Assembly: GCA_947460345.1 (NCBI GenBank)
Contig: CANHGM010000006.1
Location: 30,456-94,455 of the forward strand
DNA: 64,000 nucleotides
Origin: Bacteroidota bacterium
GTDB taxonomy: Bacteria; Bacteroidota; Bacteroidia; UKL13-3
Direction of reading: 5' to 3'
Part shown: piece by piece, positions 39,301-46,794 of the stretch
Numbering within the stretch: the first letter of the stretch is position 1
Layout: every line of letters starts with the position of its first letter
Position numbers and translations under genes: made by a program
The notes under the pieces: model-generated
What the model was told of the DNA's origin: nothing
Database searches by the model: none
The model's input: the letters and a program-made list of their open reading frames with translations, nothing else

Positions 39301-40623
39301 ACCAGCTGAATATCCATAGCTTTCAACATTCCCAAACCCATAGGCTACAGCATTAAAACCGCTATCAGCATATAGTCTGTGATTGCCACTTGAAATGGTT
39401 TGTTGGCTGTATGCAAATAAGTTGTTAGAAGGAATAGTTTTCCATGTTGGCTTAGAATTGTCTAAATAAAAATTAGCAGTATCATCACTCTGCATATATA
39501 TATTTATATAATTTCCTGTAATATTTTGATAGGGAGATGAGTAAAGAGTGATGTCATTTAACTGTTGTTCAGTTGCGTTAAGAATAATCATAGAAGGGTC
39601 ACCTGTAACATTATCACAACCTTGTGTTCGTTGGTATTGAGCCAAACATACTCCTTCAGAGGCATAAATATATTGAGCAGAGTCACTAGTCCATTCATAG
39701 TATTGTCCTGGAGCAAGAGTCTGAATATTCCAATTATTAATAGTAATTTTAGTATTATTTTTAGAAGCAAGTATTCTAAAATAATCTCCACCTATTCTTG
39801 TTTTCATAGGTGCTGTAACAAATTCTTGTCCCCAAGCACTTACTGGATACATTTGTTGAAATAAATTATCACCCGTACCGGCAGAACTACATCCCAGCGG
39901 AGTGAATGAACTTCCCGAAAAAACAGCAATTCTTTTACAAGCAGAGGAAGAAGAGCCGTAACTTGTAATATGAGAAGCCGTAAGGTCGCTATCGCTTTGT
40001 ACTTGATAAACCTCACCTTTCATCAACAGTTTTGAATACGTTACATTCTTTATATGGCTACCACTTAAAGTACCGGCAGATGGGGTTATATCAACATAGG
40101 TACTGTCTTCAAGCCCTACAATCATAAATTCATTTTGTCTGTTGTTTCCTGTGACTTTTTGAGTATAACTCATTGCATAGTAATCTCTCCCAGCAGTTTC
40201 AGTTGGCAATACCAATGTGGCATCACTTCGTGAGTTAGCATATATATGCGCATAAACAACAATCGGTTCTATACTGGTTATATTAATTCCTTGTTTCAAA
40301 ACACAATCACTACAACCCATATAAGCCAAACTCTGAGGAATATTAACAACAGTAACACTATTAGCTGAAACATTAAAAGTTGTGCTCCAATTTTTGCCAG
40401 GAATAGAAACGCTACCTGAAGTGCTTACATCACTAGTAATATATAAACTCATATTACTAGAGGTTCCATCAATATGACCCATATAACCTACCCAAAAATC
40501 AGTACCTTTATTAGAGGTAGATTGAGCATTAGAAACATCTATAAAAAAGCTATATAAAAAAAGTACAGCTATTAAACGATGTTTTTTAGATTGTATAAAT
40601 CGATATATCGTAGTAAAAAACAA
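33376..40623 (-). CDS. giant T9SS-secreted cell-surface protein: IgGFc-binding-like N-domain, 22 tandem PKD domains, type-B (gliding-motility-associated) C-terminal sorting domain
   Basis: 2415 aa. N-domain begins NKGTDFWVGYMGH. There are 22 W-x-(F/W)-GD-type PKD signatures (e.g. WQWNFGDGG, WNWSFGDAS, RWFWNFGDGN). C-terminal 92 aa (33379..33654) FFLSNAFTPNTDDLNETWGP..YNRWGEVVF..GIHLLR-like pattern matches the type-B CTD. Only a TTG start is available; a TAA lies two codons upstream. Confidence 0.85.
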   Translation of the reverse strand: MFFTTIYRFIQSKKHRLIAVLFLYSFFIDVSNAQSTSNKGTDFWVGYMGHIDGTSSNMSLYITSDVSTSGSVSIPGKNWSTTFNVSANSVTVVNIPQSLAYMGCSDCVLKQGINITSIEPIVVYAHIYANSRSDATLVLPTETAGRDYYAMSYTQKVTGNNRQNEFMIVGLEDSTYVDITPSAGTLSGSHIKNVTYSKLLMKGEVYQVQSDSDLTASHITSYGSSSSACKRIAVFSGSSFTPLGCSSAGTGDNLFQQMYPVSAWGQEFVTAPMKTRIGGDYFRILASKNNTKITINNWNIQTLAPGQYYEWTSDSAQYIYASEGVCLAQYQRTQGCDNVTGDPSMIILNATEQQLNDITLYSSPYQNITGNYINIYMQSDDTANFYLDNSKPTWKTIPSNNLFAYSQQTISSGNHRLYADSGFNAVAYGFGNVESYGYSAGANIKNLTQSIALKYGTATATCKGEPVYFKGSCVYTPIKWQWNFGDGGYDSVQNPSHIYSDTGVYIVSLVTTKSNGNDCDSKDSTIYKVKIYSLPIPKIRFSNNCSNDNVKFYDSSTVVSYSVVGRSWNFGDGSTSSAVNPTHKYNAAGTYTVKLTTFSTGNCYSTDSISLTIKQSPTINFSILDSCIQDSILLYDSSTLNGLFKTNYSCYKTIIKWGDNNIDTLYNNIGNITAKHQYSSGSNYKIGIVGVDCSTGCSDSLFKQFSIESSPVSKFSIIDGCEKDSISIIDSSYIPYGTIKNWNWSFGDASSKSYSTAISSFNKLYVSNGNYSVKLITQNNDGCYDTSIKNITITPKPKTGFTYNTVCLGDTSYLDDTSTILSGSITSYHWYFGDGKDTILAHSNLFKKVYANAGTYTVKLVTTSNLGCLDSLTQSVLVHAVPAANFTFNNGCEQDSILIKDISTGSGINTRFWDWGNGDTLTSNLSTFKYRYQTSGNYRVKLYISSGTGCEDTLSKNITIYEKPKASFFYTNKCLGDSLYVIDSSVITSTSISKWKWYWGDADSTIYISKKSNISHLYISSNAYQLKLIVESTQGCKDTLVQNVSIYDTPSALLSISRLCVNDSTLFEDKSIASSFPIIDWHLNFGDGVTDSFNNTFQLKHKFGINKSYNISLAVEDSFGCKDTLYQSIQIDTFPIAQFIGFSACASDSILFTNQSYIYSTQISNIYTDWGDSSTSIYANNPFNIKHFYTDGGWKKVMFKAISNKGCVDSIIKNIYIKPIPNSNFTLPNICYKDSVNFIDLSTVDSGSIVSWEFNFGDGDSVSYNSKNNFKHKYDSVGTYQISLKTISSMGCMDTINIAYTVNSNPIAAIGLENPCINDSVKLIDSSYMSFGHIYLWKWEFGDNNSDTLQNPKHMYSDTGNFLVKLYVQSGNLCKDSTTRNIHIYPAPKAQFSFNNSCTDDSVLFTPNSTISSGYIDSSYIYSSNGDTIFSIGNTKLRNQYNISGTYTIQLKTVSNIGCKDTVSKTLIIYEKPNALFSTDNKCLYDSILLNNQSTVLHDTIVSCKYYWGNNDSTIDKNNKNVLYKKYNNPGFYTLSQIVTSNFLCKDTFSKQIYIAPIPQTGFVVDKYNQCFNGHLFTVTDTSTIPTGLYLRKWNLGDNSFDTSSQLQKTYTQWGNYRITLTNISDSGCIDSLQKNIQLFPSPKSIFSINQKQYCLSGNLFQTIDSSTLAGGTYKRKWFWGDGTIDTSINPIHSYSSAGKYYISLVVVSNNNCSDSIVDSVEVLPMPSARFSVIEKCLFDSTLFIDSSYITNGNIIKWDWFWGDSTTSSYSGTKNSLSHLYSYPNTFQVKLILTSDKGCIDSSSSLAQVYTIPKPSFIVQNNCIYDSLLFEDRSTIVNGNILQWKWNWGDSTEFVSNQFNKFTSHLYNKEGLYQVMLHTLSGKGCIDSFEYAVTVYAKPTAHIFVNDVCIYDSIEAIDSSAISSGNIYKRFWFWGDSKMDSSIDKSISHLYSNPGKYNLTLITESNFGCKDTLSKIVSIHSQPIMDFSFVAACSNDSSLIEDHSYMLTDTIIQQQWLWGDQTQSIYTRPFMSVKHLFVKWGIHTITLFNTTNFGCIDTLSQDIYINPSPKTFFRTNDVCIGDSTLFENLSSIDSGQIVEYFWNYGDGKSKIEYIYNPAHKYIYTHDSDFIPILICRSDLGCVSAFNGSAIVHPLPKSQYIVNKHVGCEPFLLNTVDKSLCKRDTIIDWQWSWGDGYTSYNQNGSHTYVLSGLYQPKLTVKSNAGCTHTWEDSIPIIVNEKPIADFEPSFYTISTLNLEAHFVNTSVSSNRWFWNFGDGNFSQSKNPNHTYTDTGNFNVMLVSYNPYNCADTIYKSIQVIPSHTFFLSNAFTPNTDDLNETWGPDGLFDGVRSYKLAVYNRWGEVVFTTSNIYERWNGLFDNNGKTCQQDVYFYRIEFVDFSYKKHVRNGEIHLLR
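33666..39246 (-). repeat. array of 22 diverged tandem PKD-domain coding repeats (about 80-90 codons each)
   Basis: Counted from the recurring W.(W/F)GD(G/S/N) .. H.Y...G.Y.V.L periodicity in the translation. Boundaries are approximate (aa ~460-2320). The DNA copies are diverged, not identical. Confidence 0.7.
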
Positions 40624-40717
40624 ATCTTATGCAAGATAGACTTGTTAAATTAGAAAAGGTTTAGTTGAATATAAATTGACAATTTAAAAACAATACATAT
40701 TATGTTTAAAACTTAGT

Positions 40718-40754
40718 AAAAAAAGACCTCCATATATATAATACATGAAGGTCT
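40718..40754 (-). terminator. weak terminator-like hairpin downstream of the Kelch/Ig cargo gene
   Basis: 6-bp stem AGACCT (40724..40729) / AGGTCT (40749..40754) with a long 19-nt loop. Followed on the minus strand by a 7-T run (complement of the A-run 40718..40724). Confidence 0.3.
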
Positions 40755-40773
40755 CTGTTTCTTAAAAAATAAA

Positions 40774-43191
40774 TTATAATTTTATCAATTTTCTTTGACT
40801 TATGAATTTGTTTCCTTCGCACAATTGAACTATATATATACCTTCTGACAAACTAGATAAATCAAATAAAGATTGGTTATTTTCAAGTTGTTTAATATAT
40901 ATATATTGTCCTAAAGAATTTATTATTCTTATATTTAGATTAGTAGATTTAAAATTGTCTAGCTTCACATGGATAATATTTTCAGTTGGATTTGGGTATA
41001 ATTCGAATGTGAATTGTTGTGGAATTGTGTTTAAACCATTTGTAAATTTCACATCATAAGGATCAGATTCTGCAGTACAATTAAATTGATTTTTAACAAG
41101 AACAGTATATAGTCCATTAGTTTTAGGTGTGATTAATTGTAAAGTCTCATTATTAATTATAGCTCCATTTAAATACCATTGGTAATTTGGAGATGAACTT
41201 GCTAATAATGTTTTACCTATAAGAGATATTGAAGGTTTGGTAATAGAACTAAAAAACAATGCTTTAGATGGACTATTATCGCTACAACCGAAACTATTTG
41301 TGATATTTAATGAAAACAAACCAGATTGTCTACCATACAAATTGCTTGTAGTTGCAGCTGATATCTTGTTTCCGTTTAAATACCAAGTATATAAATCACC
41401 TACATTATTATTTACAGAGCTTATCAATATTGAGTCTCCAAAACAAGCTGTGTCTTTAAAAGTGAATAATTCAGCTGTTGGTTTTGGGTTTATTGTAATA
41501 GAAGCTATTGAACTAATATTAGTACAACCCACAATGTTTTTCAATTGTAGTTTATAACTTCCTGATTGTTTCACATAAATAATCTTATCAGTTAGCCCTT
41601 GCATAACATTTCCATCTTTATACCATGTATAAAGATCACTTGAATTTTTTGTAACCGATGCTAATATCAAAGAATCTCCTTCACATGCATTATTCTTGAC
41701 CACAAAAATACCAGCATTAGGCAATTGACTCACAACTACATTTATATTGTTGCTATTAGATTTACATAGTAAGTTAGAAACTTCTAATCTATATGTACCT
41801 GCACTTTTTACAACAATAGTTGCTGATGTATCTCCAATTGCGGCATTGTCTTTATACCAATTTAAATTTGTTCCAGGGTCTCTTTGAATAATATATAAAT
41901 ATGTAGAATCACCATAACAAATTGTATCTTTTAAAGAAGAAATTTGTGACGATATGTTGTTTAGTATACTAAAATAAGAAGAACTAGGATTACTTGTAAT
42001 TGCAGGACTTGAAGAAACTACTCTAAATTTAAAGCTATCTGATGCAACCACATTTGTAGGAAAAGTTACTAATGCTGAATATTTTCCCTCATTAGAATTT
42101 TTAACTGAACCTATATTATAACTAGTAACAAAATTATTGCTACTCATTTGAATAGTGAAAGTATTTGATGTATCAAATATATTTACTGCAGTAAAGTAAA
42201 CTGAATCATTAGTTCCAGAGCAATGAGCATATTTTTTGATATTGTCTGCCGTTACTTGTCTATTTTTTGTTTCAAACATATATAAATCATTAAACCCGCT
42301 TGAACCTTGCCAACCAACTCCTGCATATGCCCTACTTCCAATTGCAAAAGCAGATAAATAAGTTATACTTCCTCCTGGATAATTTTTAAGTTTGGTCCAA
42401 GTATCATTACTAGGATCATACTCATATATAGTATTTATATCACCAGATGCATTATGGCCTCCTATAACATATCCTTTTCCATCAATAGACAATCCTCTAC
42501 CACCTTCAAAAGCAGGACCAGGAAATGAAGAAATTTGATGCCATGCATCACTATCAGAATTATAACAATAAAAGTCGTTATAGTAAGTGTTTGAACCAAC
42601 TAATCCTGCTCCAATATAAGTATTATTTCCAATTGTAAAACAACATGCTGTCCCTCTAGGTGTTGCAGGGAAGTCTGATTTAGCCATCCATGAATTATTT
42701 GCAGGGTCATATTCTGATAATTTATAAGAATGACCACTTCCATCATAGCCCATACAAACATAACCTTTACCACCTGAAGTAAAACCAACCCCACCATATG
42801 ACGGAACCAACATACTAGATTTTGATGTCCATGAATTATTAGTTGGATCATATTCATAAAAACTTCCCATAGGATTATACCAATTATTTAAATATAATCC
42901 TCCAGCAACATAGGCCTTATCATCTATTACAAACGAAACAGCAAATTGTCTTCCTCCAGTAATTGAAGCAACTTGTGACCATTTATCTTTAATAGGGTCA
43001 TACTTCCAAAAATCATCAAGTGAGGTTGAACTATAACCAGTACCTGTATACCCCATGCCATTTAATGTAAACGAAACTGGTCTCATTCTTCCTGTTCCGT
43101 TAAATGACTTTTTCTTTACCCAATTATTTTGAGAAAATGAAGAGAGTGTTAAAAAAAATAGGGCGATTAATAATGGAAGATTTTTTTGCAT
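40774..43191 (-). CDS. T9SS cargo: N-terminal Kelch beta-propeller, central region, four Ig-like repeats, type-A C-terminal sorting domain
   Basis: 805 aa with signal peptide. Kelch blades (e.g. DDFWKYDPIKDKWSQV..AYVAGG, repeated YEYDP.NN.W). Ig-like repeats have the pattern C.GDS..L......Y.WY.(D/N)GN. CTD is 77 aa (40777..41007), FELYPNPTENIIHVKL..GIYIVQL..KLIKL. Confidence 0.8.
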   Translation of the reverse strand: MQKNLPLLIALFFLTLSSFSQNNWVKKKSFNGTGRMRPVSFTLNGMGYTGTGYSSTSLDDFWKYDPIKDKWSQVASITGGRQFAVSFVIDDKAYVAGGLYLNNWYNPMGSFYEYDPTNNSWTSKSSMLVPSYGGVGFTSGGKGYVCMGYDGSGHSYKLSEYDPANNSWMAKSDFPATPRGTACCFTIGNNTYIGAGLVGSNTYYNDFYCYNSDSDAWHQISSFPGPAFEGGRGLSIDGKGYVIGGHNASGDINTIYEYDPSNDTWTKLKNYPGGSITYLSAFAIGSRAYAGVGWQGSSGFNDLYMFETKNRQVTADNIKKYAHCSGTNDSVYFTAVNIFDTSNTFTIQMSSNNFVTSYNIGSVKNSNEGKYSALVTFPTNVVASDSFKFRVVSSSPAITSNPSSSYFSILNNISSQISSLKDTICYGDSTYLYIIQRDPGTNLNWYKDNAAIGDTSATIVVKSAGTYRLEVSNLLCKSNSNNINVVVSQLPNAGIFVVKNNACEGDSLILASVTKNSSDLYTWYKDGNVMQGLTDKIIYVKQSGSYKLQLKNIVGCTNISSIASITINPKPTAELFTFKDTACFGDSILISSVNNNVGDLYTWYLNGNKISAATTSNLYGRQSGLFSLNITNSFGCSDNSPSKALFFSSITKPSISLIGKTLLASSSPNYQWYLNGAIINNETLQLITPKTNGLYTVLVKNQFNCTAESDPYDVKFTNGLNTIPQQFTFELYPNPTENIIHVKLDNFKSTNLNIRIINSLGQYIYIKQLENNQSLFDLSSLSEGIYIVQLCEGNKFISQRKLIKL

Positions 43192-43220
43192 GTTAATGAA
43201 GTTTTTTGACTTTGTTTTGA

Positions 43221-43228
43221 CAAAAGTA
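43221..43228 (-). promoter_or_regulatory. putative -7 box for the Kelch/Ig cargo gene
   Basis: Plus strand CAAAAGTA, which is TACTTTTG on the minus strand. It lies 29 nt upstream of the ATG at 43191. Confidence 0.45.
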
Positions 43229-43329
43229 AGTGTTTAAATTTTTGAAAAAAAAATAAAAGTCTAGATAATTTTATTTAAAGTATTACAACATAAATAAAAA
43301 TCCATACTAAAATTAAACTTTCCAACACT

Positions 43330-43337
43330 TAAATTTG
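43330..43337 (+). promoter_or_regulatory. putative -7 box for the C-methyltransferase/GMD-like pair
   Basis: TAAATTTG, 17 nt upstream of the ATG at 43355. Confidence 0.5.
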
Positions 43338-43354
43338 CACTTCTATTAATTATT

Positions 43355-44614
43355 ATGAGTGCTTACAAACAAATAAATGCCTGCAGAATATGTGGGAATA
43401 CAGCTTTACGTTCTATCATACATTTAGGTGACCAAACACTTACTGGTGTTTTCCCTAAAAACAAAGAAACTAAAATAACTAAAGGACCACTTGAGTTAGT
43501 AAAATGTGATGACGAGAATAATGAGAATGCATGTGGCTTAGTTCAATTAAATCATAGTTTTAATCATGATGAAATGTATGGAGACAATTATGGTTATAGG
43601 TCTGGTTTAAATTCTAGCATGGTAGCTCACCTTCAAGCCAAAGTTCGAAAAATGCAAGAATTAACGCATTTGAACAACAATGATATTATTCTTGATATTG
43701 GAAGTAACGACGCCACTACCCTTAGAACATATCCAACAAACTATAGAAGAATTGGAATTGACCCAACTGCAGCTAAGTTTCGTGAATTTTATTCAGAAGG
43801 AATTTCTTTAGTACCGGATTTTTTTTCGGCAGATAATTTCAGAAAAATATTCCAAAATGAAAAAGCTAAAGTTGTAAGTTCTATAGCTATGTTTTATGAC
43901 CTTGAAAACCCAATGGATTTTATGCAAAACATATTTGACATTTTAGACGATGATGGTTTATGGGTATGTGAACAAAGTTATATGCCTTTAATGTTAGAAG
44001 CAAATGCATATGACACCATATGCCATGAACATTTAGAATATTATTCTTTAAAACAAATAAAGTGGATGGCTGATAGAGTTGGTTTTAAAATTATTGATGT
44101 GACATTGAATGATACTAATGGAGGTAGTTTTGAGGTCATTTGTGCAAAAAAGAATTCAACATATACTCCTTTTTCCGATAAAATTTCTGTCACAGAAACA
44201 AATGAAAATCAAGCAAACTATCAAAAGTTATCATCATTTGATAGATTTGTTAAGGATATAAAAAAACACAAAGACGAATTGATTAAAAAGATTGAAGAAA
44301 TAAAATCAAATGGCAAAACTATCATAGGCTACGGTGCATCAACAAAAGGTAATGTTATATTACAATATTGTAATTTTACAGAACAAGATTTGAAATGTAT
44401 AGCAGAAGTCAATCCAGATAAATTTGGATCATACACTCCTCAAACATTAATCCCAATAGTATCTGAAGCTGAAGCAAAATCTAGTAAGCCAGATTATATG
44501 TTGGTTTTACCTTGGCATTTTAAAGAGAATATTATTGGTAGGGAAAAAGAATATTTAGAAGCAGGGGGTAAATTACTTTTTCCTTTGCCTTATATTCATG
44601 AAGTTAGTAAATGA
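43355..44614 (+). CDS. SAM-dependent sugar C-methyltransferase (TylCIII-like NDP-hexose C-methyltransferase family)
   Basis: 419 aa. N-terminal zinc-ribbon-like CRICGN..C..(ACG), class-I SAM fold (ILDIGSNDAT), and a long C-terminal domain as in the C-methyltransferase family. Confidence 0.7.
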   Translation: MSAYKQINACRICGNTALRSIIHLGDQTLTGVFPKNKETKITKGPLELVKCDDENNENACGLVQLNHSFNHDEMYGDNYGYRSGLNSSMVAHLQAKVRKMQELTHLNNNDIILDIGSNDATTLRTYPTNYRRIGIDPTAAKFREFYSEGISLVPDFFSADNFRKIFQNEKAKVVSSIAMFYDLENPMDFMQNIFDILDDDGLWVCEQSYMPLMLEANAYDTICHEHLEYYSLKQIKWMADRVGFKIIDVTLNDTNGGSFEVICAKKNSTYTPFSDKISVTETNENQANYQKLSSFDRFVKDIKKHKDELIKKIEEIKSNGKTIIGYGASTKGNVILQYCNFTEQDLKCIAEVNPDKFGSYTPQTLIPIVSEAEAKSSKPDYMLVLPWHFKENIIGREKEYLEAGGKLLFPLPYIHEVSK

Positions 44615-45549
44615 AAAAAGCACTTATAATAGGCCATACAGGTCAAGATGGCTATTATTTAACTAAGTTTCTTAATTCACTTTCATATCAAGTTATTGGA
44701 GTTTCTTCAAAAGAAATTTATACTAATTTTGATATTACATTACCTGATAAATTTGATTTACAAAACAAAAAAGTATTATATACATTTCTTGATTTGATTG
44801 AAGCTGATGAAATCTATTACTTAGCCGCTTTTCACCAATCATCTTCTGATGAAGTAATAGATGATGGCTGGTTATTTGATAAAAGCTTTGAGATTAACAC
44901 TCATGCTTATATAAATATTCTTCAATGGATAGCCGAAAAGAAAGCTCAAACCAAAATATTTTATGCTGCTTCATCACATGTATTCGGTTCTCCCGATCAT
45001 TGTCCACAAACTGAAGAAACTCCTCTTAATCCAACAAATATATATGGAATAAGTAAAGTATCTTCTATACATGCTTCTGCTTATTATTCAAAAGTGCATA
45101 ATGTTTTTGCTTCATGTGGCATACTATATAACCACGAATCTCCGCGAAGGGGAGATAAATTTGTTACTCAGAAAATCATCAAAAATGCAATAGCCATAAA
45201 AAAAGGGTCAATAAACTCACTTGTCTTAGGTGACCTAACTGCTGCAATTGATTGGGGCTATGCACCTGACTATGTTGAAGCTTTTCACGCTATTTTACAA
45301 GCACCTAAACCTACGAATTATATAGTAGCAACAAATCAATTAAATACTGTTCAACGTTTTGTTGACATCACTTTTAAATATTTAGATTTAGATCCAATGC
45401 AATATGTTTATCAAAACAGTAACATTATTACTAAAAAACTAAATAATAATTTATGCGGAAATAATTCAAAACTTATTACTGATACCGGTTGGAAACCAAA
45501 AGTTAGTTTTGAAGAAATGATACATTTAATGATAGAAGCTGCGTTATAA
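44611..45549 (+). CDS. GDP-mannose 4,6-dehydratase-family SDR lacking the dehydratase Glu (possible 4-ketoreductase)
   Basis: 312 aa. GHTGQDGYYL, YGISK (YxxxK) and ILYNHESPRRGDKFVTQKI are GMD hallmarks. The ASTSE position reads AASSH (His codon 44977..44979). The ATGA start overlaps the upstream stop. Confidence 0.7.
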   Translation: MKKALIIGHTGQDGYYLTKFLNSLSYQVIGVSSKEIYTNFDITLPDKFDLQNKKVLYTFLDLIEADEIYYLAAFHQSSSDEVIDDGWLFDKSFEINTHAYINILQWIAEKKAQTKIFYAASSHVFGSPDHCPQTEETPLNPTNIYGISKVSSIHASAYYSKVHNVFASCGILYNHESPRRGDKFVTQKIIKNAIAIKKGSINSLVLGDLTAAIDWGYAPDYVEAFHAILQAPKPTNYIVATNQLNTVQRFVDITFKYLDLDPMQYVYQNSNIITKKLNNNLCGNNSKLITDTGWKPKVSFEEMIHLMIEAAL

Positions 45550-45551
45550 AA

Positions 45552-46700
45552 TTACTTTTCATTTAAATATCTCATAAATTCAATTGCCATTTTACTGAAA
45601 TTAAAATCAGCAGATGCTTTTAAACAATTATTGCTATATGTTTGATAATTATTAATTATATCTTGATAAGCATTGAAAATGGTATCAGGACTATAATTTT
45701 CAATCAAAATACCACACTTATAATCATCGACAATATTTAAACCACTAATTTTACTACCTATAATAGGAATTCCTGCAGCTATATAAGTAAACATTTTACC
45801 TGAAGGTGCAGACAAATAATTAAACCTGTTCTCTTTAATGTTTTCAATATCATAGAAACATATACCTACCATAAATTGAGAAACATATTTAATTAATTCA
45901 TCATTACTCATATATTCATTGTTTATGATTAATGTGTTATTATTTATTAAATCAATATATTGAGTGTTTATTCTTTCTTTATCTTTATCTAAAATAGCTC
46001 CTTTTATATACCCTTTAATAACATTTTTATAAATATTCAAAAAATCTAAAAAATAATATGCACCAAATGATTGCATAAAAGTTCCACTATATATGATACC
46101 GTTATTTACTTTATTTATATTTAATTCTTCTATAGTATTATTTAAAGAGTTCTGAATAATAAATTTTCTAGGTTTTTCTTTTTCGAATAAATAATTAAAC
46201 CTCTCATCTGATTGTATTATAACAGCTTCAATTTTTTCTTTATTAACTGATTTTAGAAGTGGAATTAAATTATCTATTATTTCTAACGAAACAAAAACTA
46301 TTTTATTAAAATATAATGATGCAATTTTTAAAAATGGAATGTCAACAGCAACTACCACGTCATATTTATTTTTACTTCGTTTAACAAATTCCTTTTTAAG
46401 CTTTAACCAATTTTTAATTGTAATATAACTATATGGATTGGGTTTAGATATAATAAAGTAAATCAATTTTGCTAATATATATAATAAAATGCCTATAATT
46501 TTAGTATATAAAGTAGGAGGCTCATCTTCGTAATAACTCACAATATATCCTTCTAATTTTTGATTATTGAATTTTGAGGGGTTAGGTGCTACTATTTCGA
46601 CATGATATAATTTATCGAGTTCATTATAAAGATTAATGGTGGTTGGTGAATAAGCCAAATGGTGGTTTGGAAAGAAAATTACTGCATTACCTTTTTTCAT
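45552..46700 (-). CDS. putative GT-B fold glycosyltransferase
   Basis: 382 aa. C-terminal half resembles the GT4/GT1 donor-binding region (APSGKMFTYIAAGIPIIGSKISGLNIVDDYKCGILIE). Sits in a polysaccharide gene cluster. Weak motif evidence only. Confidence 0.5.
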   Translation of the reverse strand: MKKGNAVIFFPNHHLAYSPTTINLYNELDKLYHVEIVAPNPSKFNNQKLEGYIVSYYEDEPPTLYTKIIGILLYILAKLIYFIISKPNPYSYITIKNWLKLKKEFVKRSKNKYDVVVAVDIPFLKIASLYFNKIVFVSLEIIDNLIPLLKSVNKEKIEAVIIQSDERFNYLFEKEKPRKFIIQNSLNNTIEELNINKVNNGIIYSGTFMQSFGAYYFLDFLNIYKNVIKGYIKGAILDKDKERINTQYIDLINNNTLIINNEYMSNDELIKYVSQFMVGICFYDIENIKENRFNYLSAPSGKMFTYIAAGIPIIGSKISGLNIVDDYKCGILIENYSPDTIFNAYQDIINNYQTYSNNCLKASADFNFSKMAIEFMRYLNEK

Positions 46701-46727
46701 TACCTTTTAAATTATTTAGAAACAAAA

Positions 46728-46735
46728 CAAATGTA
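46728..46735 (-). promoter_or_regulatory. putative -7 box for the glycosyltransferase gene
   Basis: Plus strand CAAATGTA, which is TACATTTG on the minus strand. It lies 27 nt upstream of the ATG at 46700. Confidence 0.45.
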
Positions 46736-46769
46736 ATAAAGTGTAGAGCAATAAAAAAATATAATGATG

Positions 46770-46777
46770 TATATTTG
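46770..46777 (+). promoter_or_regulatory. putative -7 box for the acyltransferase gene
   Basis: TATATTTG, 17 nt upstream of the TTG start at 46795. Confidence 0.45.
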
Positions 46778-46794
46778 CAAAATATATAAATAGC

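Noticed and set aside
39565-39864. Two small ORFs (99 aa plus strand, 67 aa minus strand in another frame) inside the giant PKD gene.
   Set aside because: They are embedded in the continuous 2415-codon frame, which has clear domain homology. There is no independent support.
40621-40629. TAAGATTTG overlapping the TTG start of the giant PKD gene, considered as a -7 box.
   Set aside because: It has three rather than two spacer bases relative to TAnnTTTG. If it were the promoter, no start codon would remain upstream of the signal peptide. It is noted in the finding on that gene rather than called as a feature.
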